A stretch of DNA of 64,000 nucleotides. It comes from Podarcis filfolensis (taxonomy: Eukaryota). Under the pieces are notes generated by a model, which did not search any database, was not told the DNA's origin, and saw nothing but the letters and a program-made list of their open reading frames with translations. The stretch lies in NCBI GenBank assembly GCA_964270895.1, contig OZ185439.1; one strand, 5' to 3'. A program made the translations under genes and the position numbers. Shown here in pieces: positions 50,479 through 62,008 of this stretch (its first letter is position 1; each line of letters opens with the position of its first letter).

Positions 50479-50899
50479 AGGGATGGGGGGGATTCAATTT
50501 GGTTTGTGTTTAAGGTTGAACGTATGTACTTCATTTACACTTTCTGAAATGACATGAGAATTGAAACAATCATCTTGCAAAAGTCACACTTCTCTGAATT
50601 TTGCAATGCAGTTCTCCGGATAAGTAATGGGTACAAAAATACATGCCTTGGAGTAAACTGCACACAAATGCATACAATAGTGAAAATGACATACAAAAAT
50701 GAATTATTTTAGGGGAACTGCTATGCAAAAGTTTATTAGACAAAATGCATAGAAACATAATAGAAGAAATTTGCACTAAAATGCAAATTTTTCTTGAGGC
50801 CATTTTTTTAAAAAAAGCAAACTGATATGGTAATGTGGCAGACTGAACTTATAAAAATGAGAAACAGAGAAACCAAACTTGACAGATTTGCCCATCCCT
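50479..50899 (+). mobile_element. Old interspersed repeat (family C), most complete copy
   Basis: Terminal inverted 9-mer AGGGATGGG...CCCATCCCT; internal motifs shared with 22977, 28640 and 60270. Confidence 0.7.
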
Positions 50900-52463
50900 C
50901 CTTCTGAGTAAGCATGTATGGAACTGCACTATTAAGGGGCTTACCCAGAAACTGGCCTCTTACTTGCAATCTTGCAAAAGACTGAATATTTCACCTGAAA
51001 TATGCTTTTGCAATGGAGAGCTGTGCATAATGATTTCTACGAACTGATGCCAGTAATTGTCGCTTTGCTAACTTGTGCCTTTTTCAATAGCAAGGTAAGC
51101 CTGTTCTGGCCTGTGCTTGAAGCAGAAGCAGGTGCTGTCCCTCAGGCTTTTGATCTGTTTGTAAGTCATTGCTGCAGATGTGTGTGCCTCCCCCCCAGCT
51201 GCCCAAACCTGACACACACAACCCACCAGTTCTCTCATGAGGCCTGGGTAAACAGAACTCATAAAAGGCTAACAAATCCCTTCTTCTCCTAGACTGACTT
51301 ATATGTGTGTTTCAATCTTTAAACAAAATGAGAAAGTTTAATGAAACAGTCCCCTTTTCAGACCTTCGCAAGAAGAGCCTCCAGACAAAATTAGATTGAA
51401 GTACATAAATTCTTAATTTGCTGTAGATAATGTCTACCAGATGATAGGATTGGGAGCATGAGTGGAAAACAGATTTGGAACAAATGTCATTCAGCACTTT
51501 TCATGCAGAGAATAATTAATGACTTGACCTCAGGCAAGATTGTCAAATCAGGGCAAAAAAAAAAAAGAGAGAGAGATCTACTGAGGTCATTCAAAAGACA
51601 ATCCAAAAGATGGCATCCTTCAGGAACCTGACTCATTTGCAGAAAGAAGCCTAATGTATTCTTCCAGCTAGAAATGTACAATGCAGTCTAATTTAAAACC
51701 CTGCCATGAGGAATATCTATAGCTTTGCTGGCTGCAGCACCCAGCTGTATAGTGTTGGGCTGCAGAGCTTGCATTGCCCAATGGATCAAATAAATATTTT
51801 TAAAGAGTTATTGCCCTTGTGGACTGGGCACAAATGCTAGCAATGTAGGGCTCAGAGGAAATTGAATCCCACCCTGGAATCTGCAATACAACTGAGTTGA
51901 TGACACTGTTTTTTCCCTGCTTTCTAGCAGGGATGAGGAACCTGTGGCCCTGAAGAGGGCTGTTGGATTACAAGACCCATCAGTCCCAGCCAGCCACACG
52001 CCAATGGTCAAGGGTGATGAGTTGCATTCCAACAACCTCTGCAGGGTCACTGGATAGCCAAACCTTATTTAAAGTTCCTAAAATTGAGAAATCTTCAAAC
52101 CACCACTAATTAAATCATTCTCCCCTTGGTATTTTAAAATAGATCCCCTGGAGAAATAAAATATAAGATGCCATGGGGCTCAAAACTGGGCATGGCTGCC
52201 TGCTCCCTTTGTTATCAGAGTTGAGGACTGAAAGAGGGAACTGTGGGCTGTGACACTAGGATCATCCTAGCCAAGAGAATCAAATGCTTAGAGAACCACA
52301 CTTCCATCACTGCCTAGAAAGTTCTCAATCCTTTCCTATTGTGCAGATAAGAGGCTCTCTTTTTGCCAATTGCCTGTCTGCTCCAGATACTTCCCATTCC
52401 TCAGGATCAAACTACATCTGCTAATTGCATTTGTGCAACTGAGGTGATACAATTTTTGCAGTA

Positions 52464-52705
52464 CAGTGGTACCTCGGGTTACAGACGCTTCAGGTTACAG
52501 ATGCTTCAGGTTACAGACTCCGCTAACCCAGAAATAGTACCTCGGGTTAAGAACTTTGCTTCAGGATGAGAACACAAATCACGTGGCGGTGGTGCGGTGG
52601 CAGCAGGAGGCCCCATTAGCTAAAGTGGTACCTCAGGTTAAGAACAGTTTAAGGTTAAGAACGGACCTCCAGAACGAATTAAGTTCTTAACCCAAGGTAC
52701 CACTG
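52464..52705 (-). mobile_element. Tigger/pogo-like MITE, family A (inverted)
   Basis: TA-CAGTGGTACCTCGGGTTAC...CAAGGTACCACTG-TA. Confidence 0.92.
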
Positions 52706-53599
52706 TATAAACAGCAGCCATGGGAGGGAGCAATCAGAATTGAGTCCATGGTGCACACTGAGATAGTTTAGTTCTTTCCCCCTTGCCATGGTCCCCATGG
52801 AAATCCCTGCCCAGAAGCTGTGTTTAGCCACCAGGAGAGCTGCTTGCATTGGTGCTAATGGACACCTGCCTCCATATAAAAGCTTGAGGGGCAGGGCATG
52901 ATTTTTAACAGGACCACAGTGTGTAGGGTGGGAGAGAGTTCATCTCCCCTCCCCCAGGCATGGTCCCGGATCCTGGTTGTCATCACCACCACCCCATGGC
53001 TGATATTAAGTTAAAAATGTTCGTTGCTTTCAAAAATTCATGTAACTTGTGGTTTGATCATCTTATCTGAGCACCTGACAGAATGATTGAGAAGAAGTTC
53101 AGATTCCAAAAGGCTTTTCCAGCATGTGGGTGATTATGAGCATTCAGCTTGCAGAAGGGAAGATAAATGGTTCTGTGTATTCCTTTTAATGATTTCTAAA
53201 AACTCTGCCTCTCGGAAGGGGCAAGACCTACTCTTTTGCGCACTATGCTACAACGACAGGCTCCAAGAAGCACCATTAAACCAAAAGCAGGCAGCTTCAT
53301 CAAAATGAGCCTTGGCTTGGAAGAAATTTCATGTGCAGTCAAAGCTTTGCTCCCTCTTGTCACTGCAGCAGTTCCCCCCTGCTGTCAAGCATACACATTA
53401 CATTTTAAGCTAAATATCAGTTTTGGCAGCAGAGACTGCAGCAGCAAACTCAGCAAGTGAAGCTGCAGCTATGCAGGTGGTTCTCTTCCAGCTACATACA
53501 TCTTTTCTTTGGATCCTGGCCTCTAAATTAGTTGCAATGAGAACCTGACCATAATGACTAGGAACATGGTAGATAAAAGGCTATGGCCTTTTAAATGTG

Positions 53600-53745
53600 C
53601 TTGTGGGGCGGGGGTAATTGGTTTGTTTTTGGTTTATTCTGTATTTTGTGTTCTCATTTTGTATTTTTATATCGTGAACCACCCTGTGAACTTCAGATGA
53701 AGGGCAGTATATAAATTTTATTGATGATGATGATGATGATGATAG
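53600..53745 (+). mobile_element. LINE 3' end (L2-like) with (GAT)n tail
   Basis: T-rich 3' UTR, GTGAACCACCCTGTGAACTTCAGATGAAGGGCAGTATATAAA, then (GAT)n. Confidence 0.6.
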
Positions 53746-53769
53746 TAACTGCTTTATTCTATGTCAGAC

Positions 53770-53905
53770 ACTTAGTCCATCTAGCTCAGCATTTTCAGCT
53801 CTGAACTGGCAGTGGCTCTATGGGGGTTCAGATAGGAGATCCCAGGAACTGAAGCTGGGACTTCACTGCATGAAAAGCTTGTGCTCTAACCACTGAGCCT
53901 CAGTG
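53770..53905 (-). mobile_element. Old tRNA-derived SINE (family D)
   Basis: AGTCCATCTAGCTCAG...GAACTGAAGCTGGGACTTC..GCATGAAAAGC..GTGCTCTAACCACTGAGC. Confidence 0.6.
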
Positions 53906-54201
53906 TCTCCCCTGAATGCTGTGCACTTGCAGAATCTGCAGCACCAACCAATACTGACCCCGTGGGGTTTTTTCCTTCTTTCAAAAAATGATTCCACTTA
54001 ATACATTCCTCTAGAGTTCACCAGTTTATTTCTGTAGGACCAAAATTTCTACTGCATCTTGATGGATGGTAAAATGTAGGAAGTGTCTACATTTATAAAG
54101 AACCAGATGGTGCAATGGAAACTGAATTCAGAAAGAGAACATGTCCCCCAATATCATGTATCATGTTGATTATCTGCCAATAATCTCCATGGCAAACCAT
54201 A

Positions 54202-54416
54202 CAGTGGTTCCTCGGGTTACAGACTCTTCAGGTTACAGACTCTGCTAACCCAGAAATAGTACCTCGGGTTAAGAACTTTGCTTCAGGGTGAGAACAGAAA
54301 TCGTGCGGCAGCAGCGGGAGGCCCTATTAGCTAAAGTGGTACCTCAGGTTAAGAACAGTTTCAGGTTAAGAATGGATATCCAGAATGAATTAAGTTCTTA
54401 ACCCGAGGTACCACTG
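54202..54416 (-). mobile_element. Tigger/pogo-like MITE, family A (inverted)
   Basis: TA-CAGTGGTTCCTCGGGTTAC...CCGAGGTACCACTG-TA. Confidence 0.92.
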
Positions 54417-54445
54417 TATTTGTTAGCTATAGACTATTATCATCA

Positions 54446-54988
54446 GGGACGCGGGTGGCACTGTGGGTTAAACCACAGAGCCTAGGGCTTGCCGATCGGA
54501 AGGTCGGCGGTTCAAATCCCTGCAACAGGGTGAGCTCCCGTTGCTCGGTCCCTGCCCCTGCCAACCTAGCAGTTCAAAAGCACGTCAAAGCAGTGGCGTA
54601 GCGTGGGTTGTCAGCACCCGGGGCAAGGCAAGTAATTTGCGCCCCCTAACCCGTGGATTTGCGCCCCCTAACCCATGGATTTGCGCCCCCTAACCCATGG
54701 ATTTGCCCTAACCCCAGATGTTGCGCCCGGTGCGGCCGGCCCCCCCTGCACCCCCCACGCTACGCCACTGCGTCAAAGTGCAAGTAGATAAATAGGTACC
54801 GCTCCGGCGGGAAGGTAAACAGCATTTCCGTGCGCTGCTCTGGTTCGCCAGAAGCGGCTTAGTCATGCTGGCCACATGACCCGGAAGCTGTACGCTGGCT
54901 CCCTCAGCCAATAAAGCGAGATGAGCGCCGCAAGCCCAGAGTCAGTCACGACTGGACCTAATGGTCAGGGGTCCCTTTACCTTTACTT
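54446..54988 (+). mobile_element. Sauria SINE interrupted by a hAT MITE
   Basis: Full head and tail; 11-bp TSD TATTATCATCA (54435-54445 and 54989-54999). Confidence 0.95.
54591..54770. mobile_element. Young hAT MITE with an internal 22-bp tandem repeat
   Basis: Perfect 17-bp TIR CAGTGGCGTAGCGTGGG; perfect TSD CGTCAAAG (54583-54590 and 54771-54778); three ATTTGCGCCCCCTAACCC(G/A)TGG units at 54635-54700. Confidence 0.93.
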
Positions 54989-56974
54989 TATTATCATCAT
55001 CCTTATGATTGTCAATATTTTAAGAATTTTCTATGAAAGCTGATCTGATTTTTTTTTAAAAAAAATACATTTTAAAGTAATACACTTGCTTTCTCAGTAA
55101 AAGTCAGGTCAGTATTCAACTAAGTTATTGAACTAGTGCAAAGATTAGCACTAGTACAATGGGATTTCACCCATCTCCTCCCCTTACATGTGCCCTGCAC
55201 CATCCTCAAATCTGCTCTGGAAGGTTGTGAGATGCCCTGGAATAGATTTAGGGGGTACAAAGGAGAGGAAGAGATGGGGAGAATGTTCCATTGCACATGG
55301 GGAAATCCTTGCAGTGATGGAACATTCACCTTATCACTACATTGAATGCAACCCAGGAATCAGTATTTTTTTAATATGCTCTACCTGACTATACGACTGT
55401 TTCCCTAAGAATATTTTACAGACACCTACCATGCTTTGGTTTTAATTTAAGATCATGTAATTTTTTTCTATTTAAAACTTCATCCTTGTATCGTGCTTTA
55501 TTATTTATGACATACAACTGTTTGTCTCTCAAGGTCACATACCTAGAAAGACCAAACACTCTTTTTAAAAGGCATGTTTTATCTCTGAATTTCAATCAAC
55601 TAAGGAAAGAATACCAGGAAAACTATAGTGGCAGAAACAAAAACCGTAATAGTTTCTGCAAGTGCATTCAGGCCTGGAAATCTACCGAACAGCTCTTTAG
55701 TGAACATTTCATTTTAATGGTACATTTAACTAATATCATATTTCACTGAGGGCTTTCTGAAAGCCCATATGACATGCATATAAATATGAGACCAATTCAT
55801 CTGGACAGGTGTTGCTGAAAAGCATACTAAAAGGTGACAGCAAGCTAGAAGCCTGCAGCCAAAGTTCTAGGTGATAAATACCTATGTGCACAACCACCCA
55901 GAATCAGCAGATTAGGAGAGATGCCTGTCTTTCTCTCTCGTTCTCCTCCACAGTCCTAACCTTGCTCTTTCTTCCTCCCTACTGCTTGACATTTCACTTT
56001 CCTCATTTCATGATCCTGGAGATGGAGGCATCGGTCTAATCTAGGCCCATGACAATTTTTCATCCCTAAGTCTATACCGTCCCATTTTTAATTAATCTAT
56101 TACGCATTGCAGAATGACCATTCTTTTTTGAATACCTAATTGAATACATATTACAAAATGTGTACCTATTTCTAAACATATTTCATACTAAAATAGGCCA
56201 TGTTTATGCATGTTGGTATGCATTTTGTGTAAAGAACTGTATCAGTCAAAGCACCAAATCTGAAGGATAATTACATTCTGATCTGTGTATCAGTCCTGGA
56301 GATGTAAATAAGGTCAGTTTGCTTAAAACTGTGGATCAAACAAATTATCCTACATCTCTGCCTCTGACACCACTATACCTCACCATTTATCTTTCACACA
56401 TCCTTCTATAGATCGATCCTAATCCCCCCCCTTATTTTCCTCCATTCATCCTAAGCACCAGCCCTCCAGTCTCCCATAAACATACTTTCTTCTGCTCACT
56501 TCTTTCCTTTCTTACAGGTCTCCATTCATGTCTCTGCCACTCTCTCATCCTTCCCTGCTGCACATTCTGCTGTCATGCACTGTCTCTCTTCCTGCCTCAT
56601 GGTACATGCTGCTTCACTGCCTATTTTGCAATTAGTCCTTTTCAAATGCAACTAGCAATTCCAGCAAGAATGATCCCCAGGAAGGTTGTCTTTCCAAAAA
56701 AAATCACACATCTAGATATATATATTTTAAAGGGCATTGGGAAGGCAGAATCCAGTAACAGGTGGTACACATACAGCACTTCTGAATTTTTGACAGCAGT
56801 GAGGAGCAGACTGGATGTGGGAACTGGGTCTAGGCATCGCCTCCACAAGTGATCAGCACTGTCAGAACTGATTAACACCAATAAGCCATTCAGTGGGGAG
56901 GAATGGAATCTTTGTGTACCACAGCTGACAGTCAGGCACTGTGCAAAGATATTAAATTAGGCCCTATACATATA

Positions 56975-58397
56975 ATAAATAATAATATTTTTTTATATAC
57001 CCCGCCCTTCCCGGTTCAGAAACCGGGCTCAGGGCGCCTAACAACAAATTTAAAACACTTAAATGTAATACAACATAGAAACAGCATAAAATACAGTATA
57101 AGAGCATGAACAACAATAAAATTCAAAGTTCAAAAATCAATTTGGGGAAAATCCATCCAATAAGCATTAGATAGTCACCAGGGCTAGCTGGCTGAATTAG
57201 TCCTACTTGGGCCAGTGAGGAGGCCAGGGGAGAATTAGCTGTGGGGTCTCAGAGTGGGTAATCTTTGTAAAAGGGGAGGGAAGAGGAGGCTGAATTCAAA
57301 TTAAAGGCCAGCCGGAATAGCTCTGTCTTAAAGGCCCGGCGGAAGGAGGTTAAATCCTGCAGGGCCCTAGTCTCATGGGACAGAGCATTCCACCAGGTCG
57401 GAGCCATCACTGAAAAGGCCCTGGCCCTGGTGGAGGATAGTCTGACTTCCTTAGGGCCCAGGACCTCTAAACTATTGTTATTCATGGACCTTAAGGTCCT
57501 CTGCAGGGCATACCAGGAACCACTGCAACTGGTAAAGCACTGAGTGAATATGCTCCCATGGCAGGGACCCCGCTGGAGTTTCTGGGACAGTTCCAAGGGC
57601 AGCCCCACGTAGAGCAAATTACAGTGGTCAAGCCTGGAGGTGACTGTCGCATGGATCACTGTGGCCAGATCGGGGCGGGAAAGGTAAGGGACCAACTGCT
57701 TAATGCAGCGAAGATGGAAAAATGTCGCCTTAGCTGTTGCTGTAACCTGCGCCTCCATGGAAAGGGAGGTATCAAGGATTACACCCAAACTCTTAACGGA
57801 ACGCACTGGCACTAATTGGGCCCCCACAAGAGAAGGGAGTTGTTCCCTCATCCCCATGCCATCCCGACCCAGCCAGAGGACCTCTGTTTTTGAAGGATTT
57901 AGTTTCAATCGGCTCCCACGAAACCATCCAGCCACAGCTTCCAAGCATCTGGTCAGTGTGTCCGGGGCCGAGTCAGTGTGGCCACCCATCAGCAGATAGA
58001 GCTGAGTGTCATCAGCATGTTGGTGACAGCCCGGCCCAAAGCTCTGGACAATCTGGGCAAGGGGGCGCATAAAGATGTTAAAAAGCATCAGGGAGAGGAT
58101 TGCACCCTGCGGCACTCCACACACCAAGGAATGGCACGATGACATCTCCCTCCCTAGCGCCACCCTCTGTCCCCGACCAGAGATAAAAGAGCACAGCCAT
58201 TGTGGGGCTTGCCCTGTATCCCCACATTAGAAAGGCGGTGGTCCAGAAGATCATGATCGACTATATCAAAGGCTGTTGACAGATCTAAGAGACTCAGCAA
58301 TCCCGACCAACCTTGATCCAGTTGCCTACAGAGATCATCTGTTAGGGCGACCAGAGCCGTCTCGGTCCCGAAACCAGGACGGAAACCAGACTGAAAT
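56975..58397 (-). mobile_element. L2-clade LINE, 5'-truncated, degenerate RT
   Basis: Minus-strand FQSGFRPGFGTETALVALTDD, LLDLSTAFDIVDH, then a frameshift, then GVPQGAILSLMLFNIFM, HQHADDTQLY and LKLNPSKTEVLW; the 3' UTR and AT-rich tail lie near 56975. Confidence 0.92.
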
Positions 58398-58451
58398 ATG
58401 TACTTATATTAACAGAACTCAGCAGCCCTGTGTTGATGTGATGCCATGACA

Positions 58452-58543
58452 CAGGGGCACCATCCGGGGGGGCTGAGGCCCCCCTCAAATTTTGCAGGAT
58501 GGGGCCAGGCCCCCTCAATTGCGGGGGCAAGCTGGTGTGCCTG
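58452..58543. mobile_element. Very short hAT MITE (92 bp)
   Basis: TIR CAGGGGCACCATC / CAGGCACACCAGC; TSD CCATGACA/CCATGTCA (7/8). Confidence 0.65.
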
Positions 58544-59479
58544 CCATGTCAGTTATCAGGATTATACAAATGTGTAAAAATATAATTCTCTAAACCCAGT
58601 TCTTATGCAGAAAAGAAAAAGGTCTGGTTGTTTCTGAAAGTCTCTACCACCACACCACCCTCTGTACAATCAACCCTCTTACTTGAGTCAAGCCAGAAAC
58701 TTGTAATTTAAAAAATAACTGCCCCACTTCTATCGCCTTGGCCAATGCCTTATGGATTGTTTTCCCCCAATTTGTAATACTGCAGATTACATTTCTGTTG
58801 CAATCATATTACTTCTCTGTGGCCACTGCAGGAATTGATGAAGTGGGAAAATAGCATTTAGGAGGCATCAGAGCATTTTGCCCTAATCAATAAGACACAC
58901 CAAAATTACTTGTCCCTTAAAATTACATGAGTCCTTGTCCAGATCCATAATGAAGGAATCTGCCAACTCTGTCTCCTTGCTGGGTGGTTAGAAAGATATG
59001 AACACAGCATAATAAAAGCAAGACGTTGGCTTTCACTGGAACAAACGGCTGTCCCGGTTTTCTGTTGGGCTGGATCAGAAGCTATGATCCCAAATACTTC
59101 GGTGTGAAAAGGAGCACCCACAACTGCAGATGCAACAAAGATTTAACATTTAAACACAAAACAACAACCACCAGAGCTAGCCCAGGCATTAGGCAGGGTG
59201 ATGCCACTGTCTCAGGTGGCAGAAGCCCCTCAGGTGCCTGCCTTGTCACCACCTCCAGCAACAAAATCATGCGAGATCTTGCCCAAAATTGGTATTGATA
59301 GCAGTGCCACTTCTCTGCCAGAAGCAGGGCACATGGCGGCAGCACAGCAGGCAATGGCAGGAGCAGGTAGGTGGCCTGGCAGCAGTGGCAGCAGCAGGTG
59401 AAAACGGCACTTCCGGTTTCGCCTCAAGCAGCCTGACACCAACATTGCACCACACCTCATCAAGATTGTCAACAGTAGT

Positions 59480-59480
<1 letters not shown>

Positions 59481-59510
<30 letters not shown>

Positions 59511-59511
59511 C
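59481..59511. repeat. (CAA)10 microsatellite
   Basis: Direct reading of the sequence. Confidence 0.95.
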
Positions 59512-60269
59512 TCTTTAGTGGCAATTAAATCTGTGCAAACTAAAAACACCACCACATACTTAGCCAAAAGCCTTCTGATTATGAGTGTTCAATATCTGCA
59601 TGACTGTGCATACGCACATCACTCCAAACCCAGAAGTTACCCAGCAGTGTCATAAAGACGTCACTGAGACATCACTAAAAGGGCAGAACAGGGGCAGAAC
59701 AGGGTGTTTCCGGGCTTTTTAAATGAGTTTTGGTTATGTGCAATTTCACCAACGCTCAAGTACACCTCAGAATGTAACCCCCATGTAAACAGGGGGCTGC
59801 CTGTACACACATCACGCAGAATACCCAAGGACCTGTATCACCCTGGTCAACATAAGGTTCTATAGAGAGAAAATGGGCATGAAGCTAAAGGGTTTTCATC
59901 AAACAGACATAGCACAGCATAGAATCATAGAATTATAGTTAGAAGGGACCCTGAATGACAGTGCAGGATGCTGAACAAGATTACACGTGACAGGTAGCCA
60001 TCCACCCTCTGCTTACAGAAGCATCATGAGGTCCATGATCAGGCAAACCATGTGAAAGGTCACAGGAACCTATGTGGCCCTCGGAAAGGCAATGGAGGGG
60101 GGGGACCTCCAGTGGACATAGTAGAAATGAATAGAGAGGAAAACAAGGAGGTGCCTTCATGAAGGAATACACTATATGAAAGACAATGGGATAATATGAG
60201 GAACTAAGTGAATATTAGGAAATTGCATCACTACCATAGACATTTACAGCTAATGGTAGCGTCACATCC

Positions 60270-60482
60270 AGATATGAGGTAGAAATTCAATTCAGTTTAC
60301 CTAATCCCTTTCCAAAACAATATGAGAAATTAAACATGGCTCTCCTTCAAAATTTGCACTTCTCTGAATTTTGCAGTGCAATTCTCCAACCAACTAATGT
60401 GTAAAAAGAATGCCTATACTAGGGTAAATTGTGTATATAAGTATGAGTGTGTGTGTGTGTGTGTGAGTGTGTGAGTGACTGT

Positions 60483-60521
<39 letters not shown>

Positions 60522-60756
60522 AAAATGCATTATATTAGGGAGAACTGAATTGCAAAAATGCATATATTAGTCCAGATTACATGCAAAAAATGTTTACATT
60601 AGGAGAAATTCATGCAAAGATACTGATGATGTTTGGTGAGTACTTTTGTTATTTTTAAAAAATGCAAAGTGATGCAGAAATGTAGAGAAATGAACCTGTG
60701 ACTTGAAGAAAAGAGAAATGGTGAGAAACTGAAATTGGCATATTTGCCCATACCTA
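60270..60756 (+). mobile_element. Old interspersed repeat (family C) containing a (GT)n expansion
   Basis: CACTTCTCTGAATTTTGCAGTGCAATTCTCC, CAAAAATGCATATATTAG and the end ATTTGCCCATACCT; (GT)n at about 60447-60519. Confidence 0.65.
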
Positions 60757-61658
60757 ATCACATTGCATATCAACACATCCAATGTTCACAGAATTCTTAA
60801 TCCCTTCAATCCCCCCAGTATTGCAATTCTTACTTTATTACTCCACTCTCCCATTTTCTCCCAGCATCTGAGATATGACTGTGAAGCACTGCCAGATATA
60901 GATACTAATGAAATCATGATAACAATCTGCAATGAAGACATAGACAGAACATAATTGCAGCCACTGAGGTGATCTAGATCATAATCTCTCTCCTGGGTAC
61001 ACCCCTTGAATTTCCATTGTGAGAACAGTGTTAAATGTGGGACAGCAAAGGAATGAGTCTGACAGTAAATTGGCTCATCTATTTGAGTACTTCTCCTGGA
61101 AGAATTAAGCATAAGTTGCCAGATTCACTCGTGGGAATAAGCAGCTCAACAGTTTTTCAGCAGCTTATTACTACATACAAATTACTTCATAGTTCTTCCT
61201 TTGGGTACATTTAAATTATTCAAATTCTACAATGCCTTATTGCAAAAGGAGAAAGAATATCTCATTTGTAGGTTATCCACCATGAATTGGTTAGACAATG
61301 TTTATTCCTCCCCATCCTTGTTAATATTCGAGAAGTGTGTTATAAACAAAAATACATGTATGTGCTCTGCATATACAAACCAATAATTTTCCACTATTGA
61401 TCTTTTATGCAACAAAATAATATATATCCTCCTTAGCCTCATTAAAGCCATTGACCTCTGAGAAATACTGTATAGGGTCCACCCTATTCTCTTGTTTGTA
61501 ATTTGGTTTAACTGATTTTAATATTATATTTTTAAATTGTTGTAACTCAGTTTGGGACCTCATGGCAAATGATGGGTAAGAAGTCTGGTAGTGGTAGTAA
61601 TCATCATCATCCACTGAGTTCATTTCTTAGATATCTGTGAGCACCTAGATATAGGATT

Positions 61659-62008
61659 GGGACGCGGGTGGCGCTGTGGGTTAAACCACAGAGCCTAGGA
61701 CTTGCTAATCAGAAGGTCAGCGGTTTGAATCCACGTGACGGGGTGAGCTCCCGTTGCTCGGTCCCTGCTCCTGCCAACCTAGCAGTTCGAAAGCATGTCA
61801 AACTGCAAGTAGATAAATAGGTACCACTCTGGTGGGAAGGTAAACGGTGTTTCCGTGTGCTGCTCTGGTTCACCAGAAGCAGCTTAGTCATGCTGGCCAC
61901 ATGACCTGGAAGCTGTACGCTTGCTCCCTCAGCCAATAAAGAGATGAGTGCCGCAACCCCCGAGTTGGCCACGACTGGACCTAATGGTCAGGGGTCCCTT
62001 TACCTTTA
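61659..62008 (+). mobile_element. Sauria SINE, full length
   Basis: GGGACGCGGGTGGCGCTG...GGTCCCTTTACCTTTA; TSD CCTAGATATAGGATT(GG) at 61644-61660 and 62009-62025. Confidence 0.95.

Noticed and set aside
54635-54700. CRISPR-like or iteron array
   Set aside because: The units are head-to-tail with no spacers, lie inside a TIR/TSD-bounded MITE in a vertebrate genome, and have no cas genes nearby.
57249-58163. Functional L2 reverse transcriptase
   Set aside because: The element is 5'-truncated and frameshifted upstream, the catalytic YADD is changed to HADD, and it has internal deletions.
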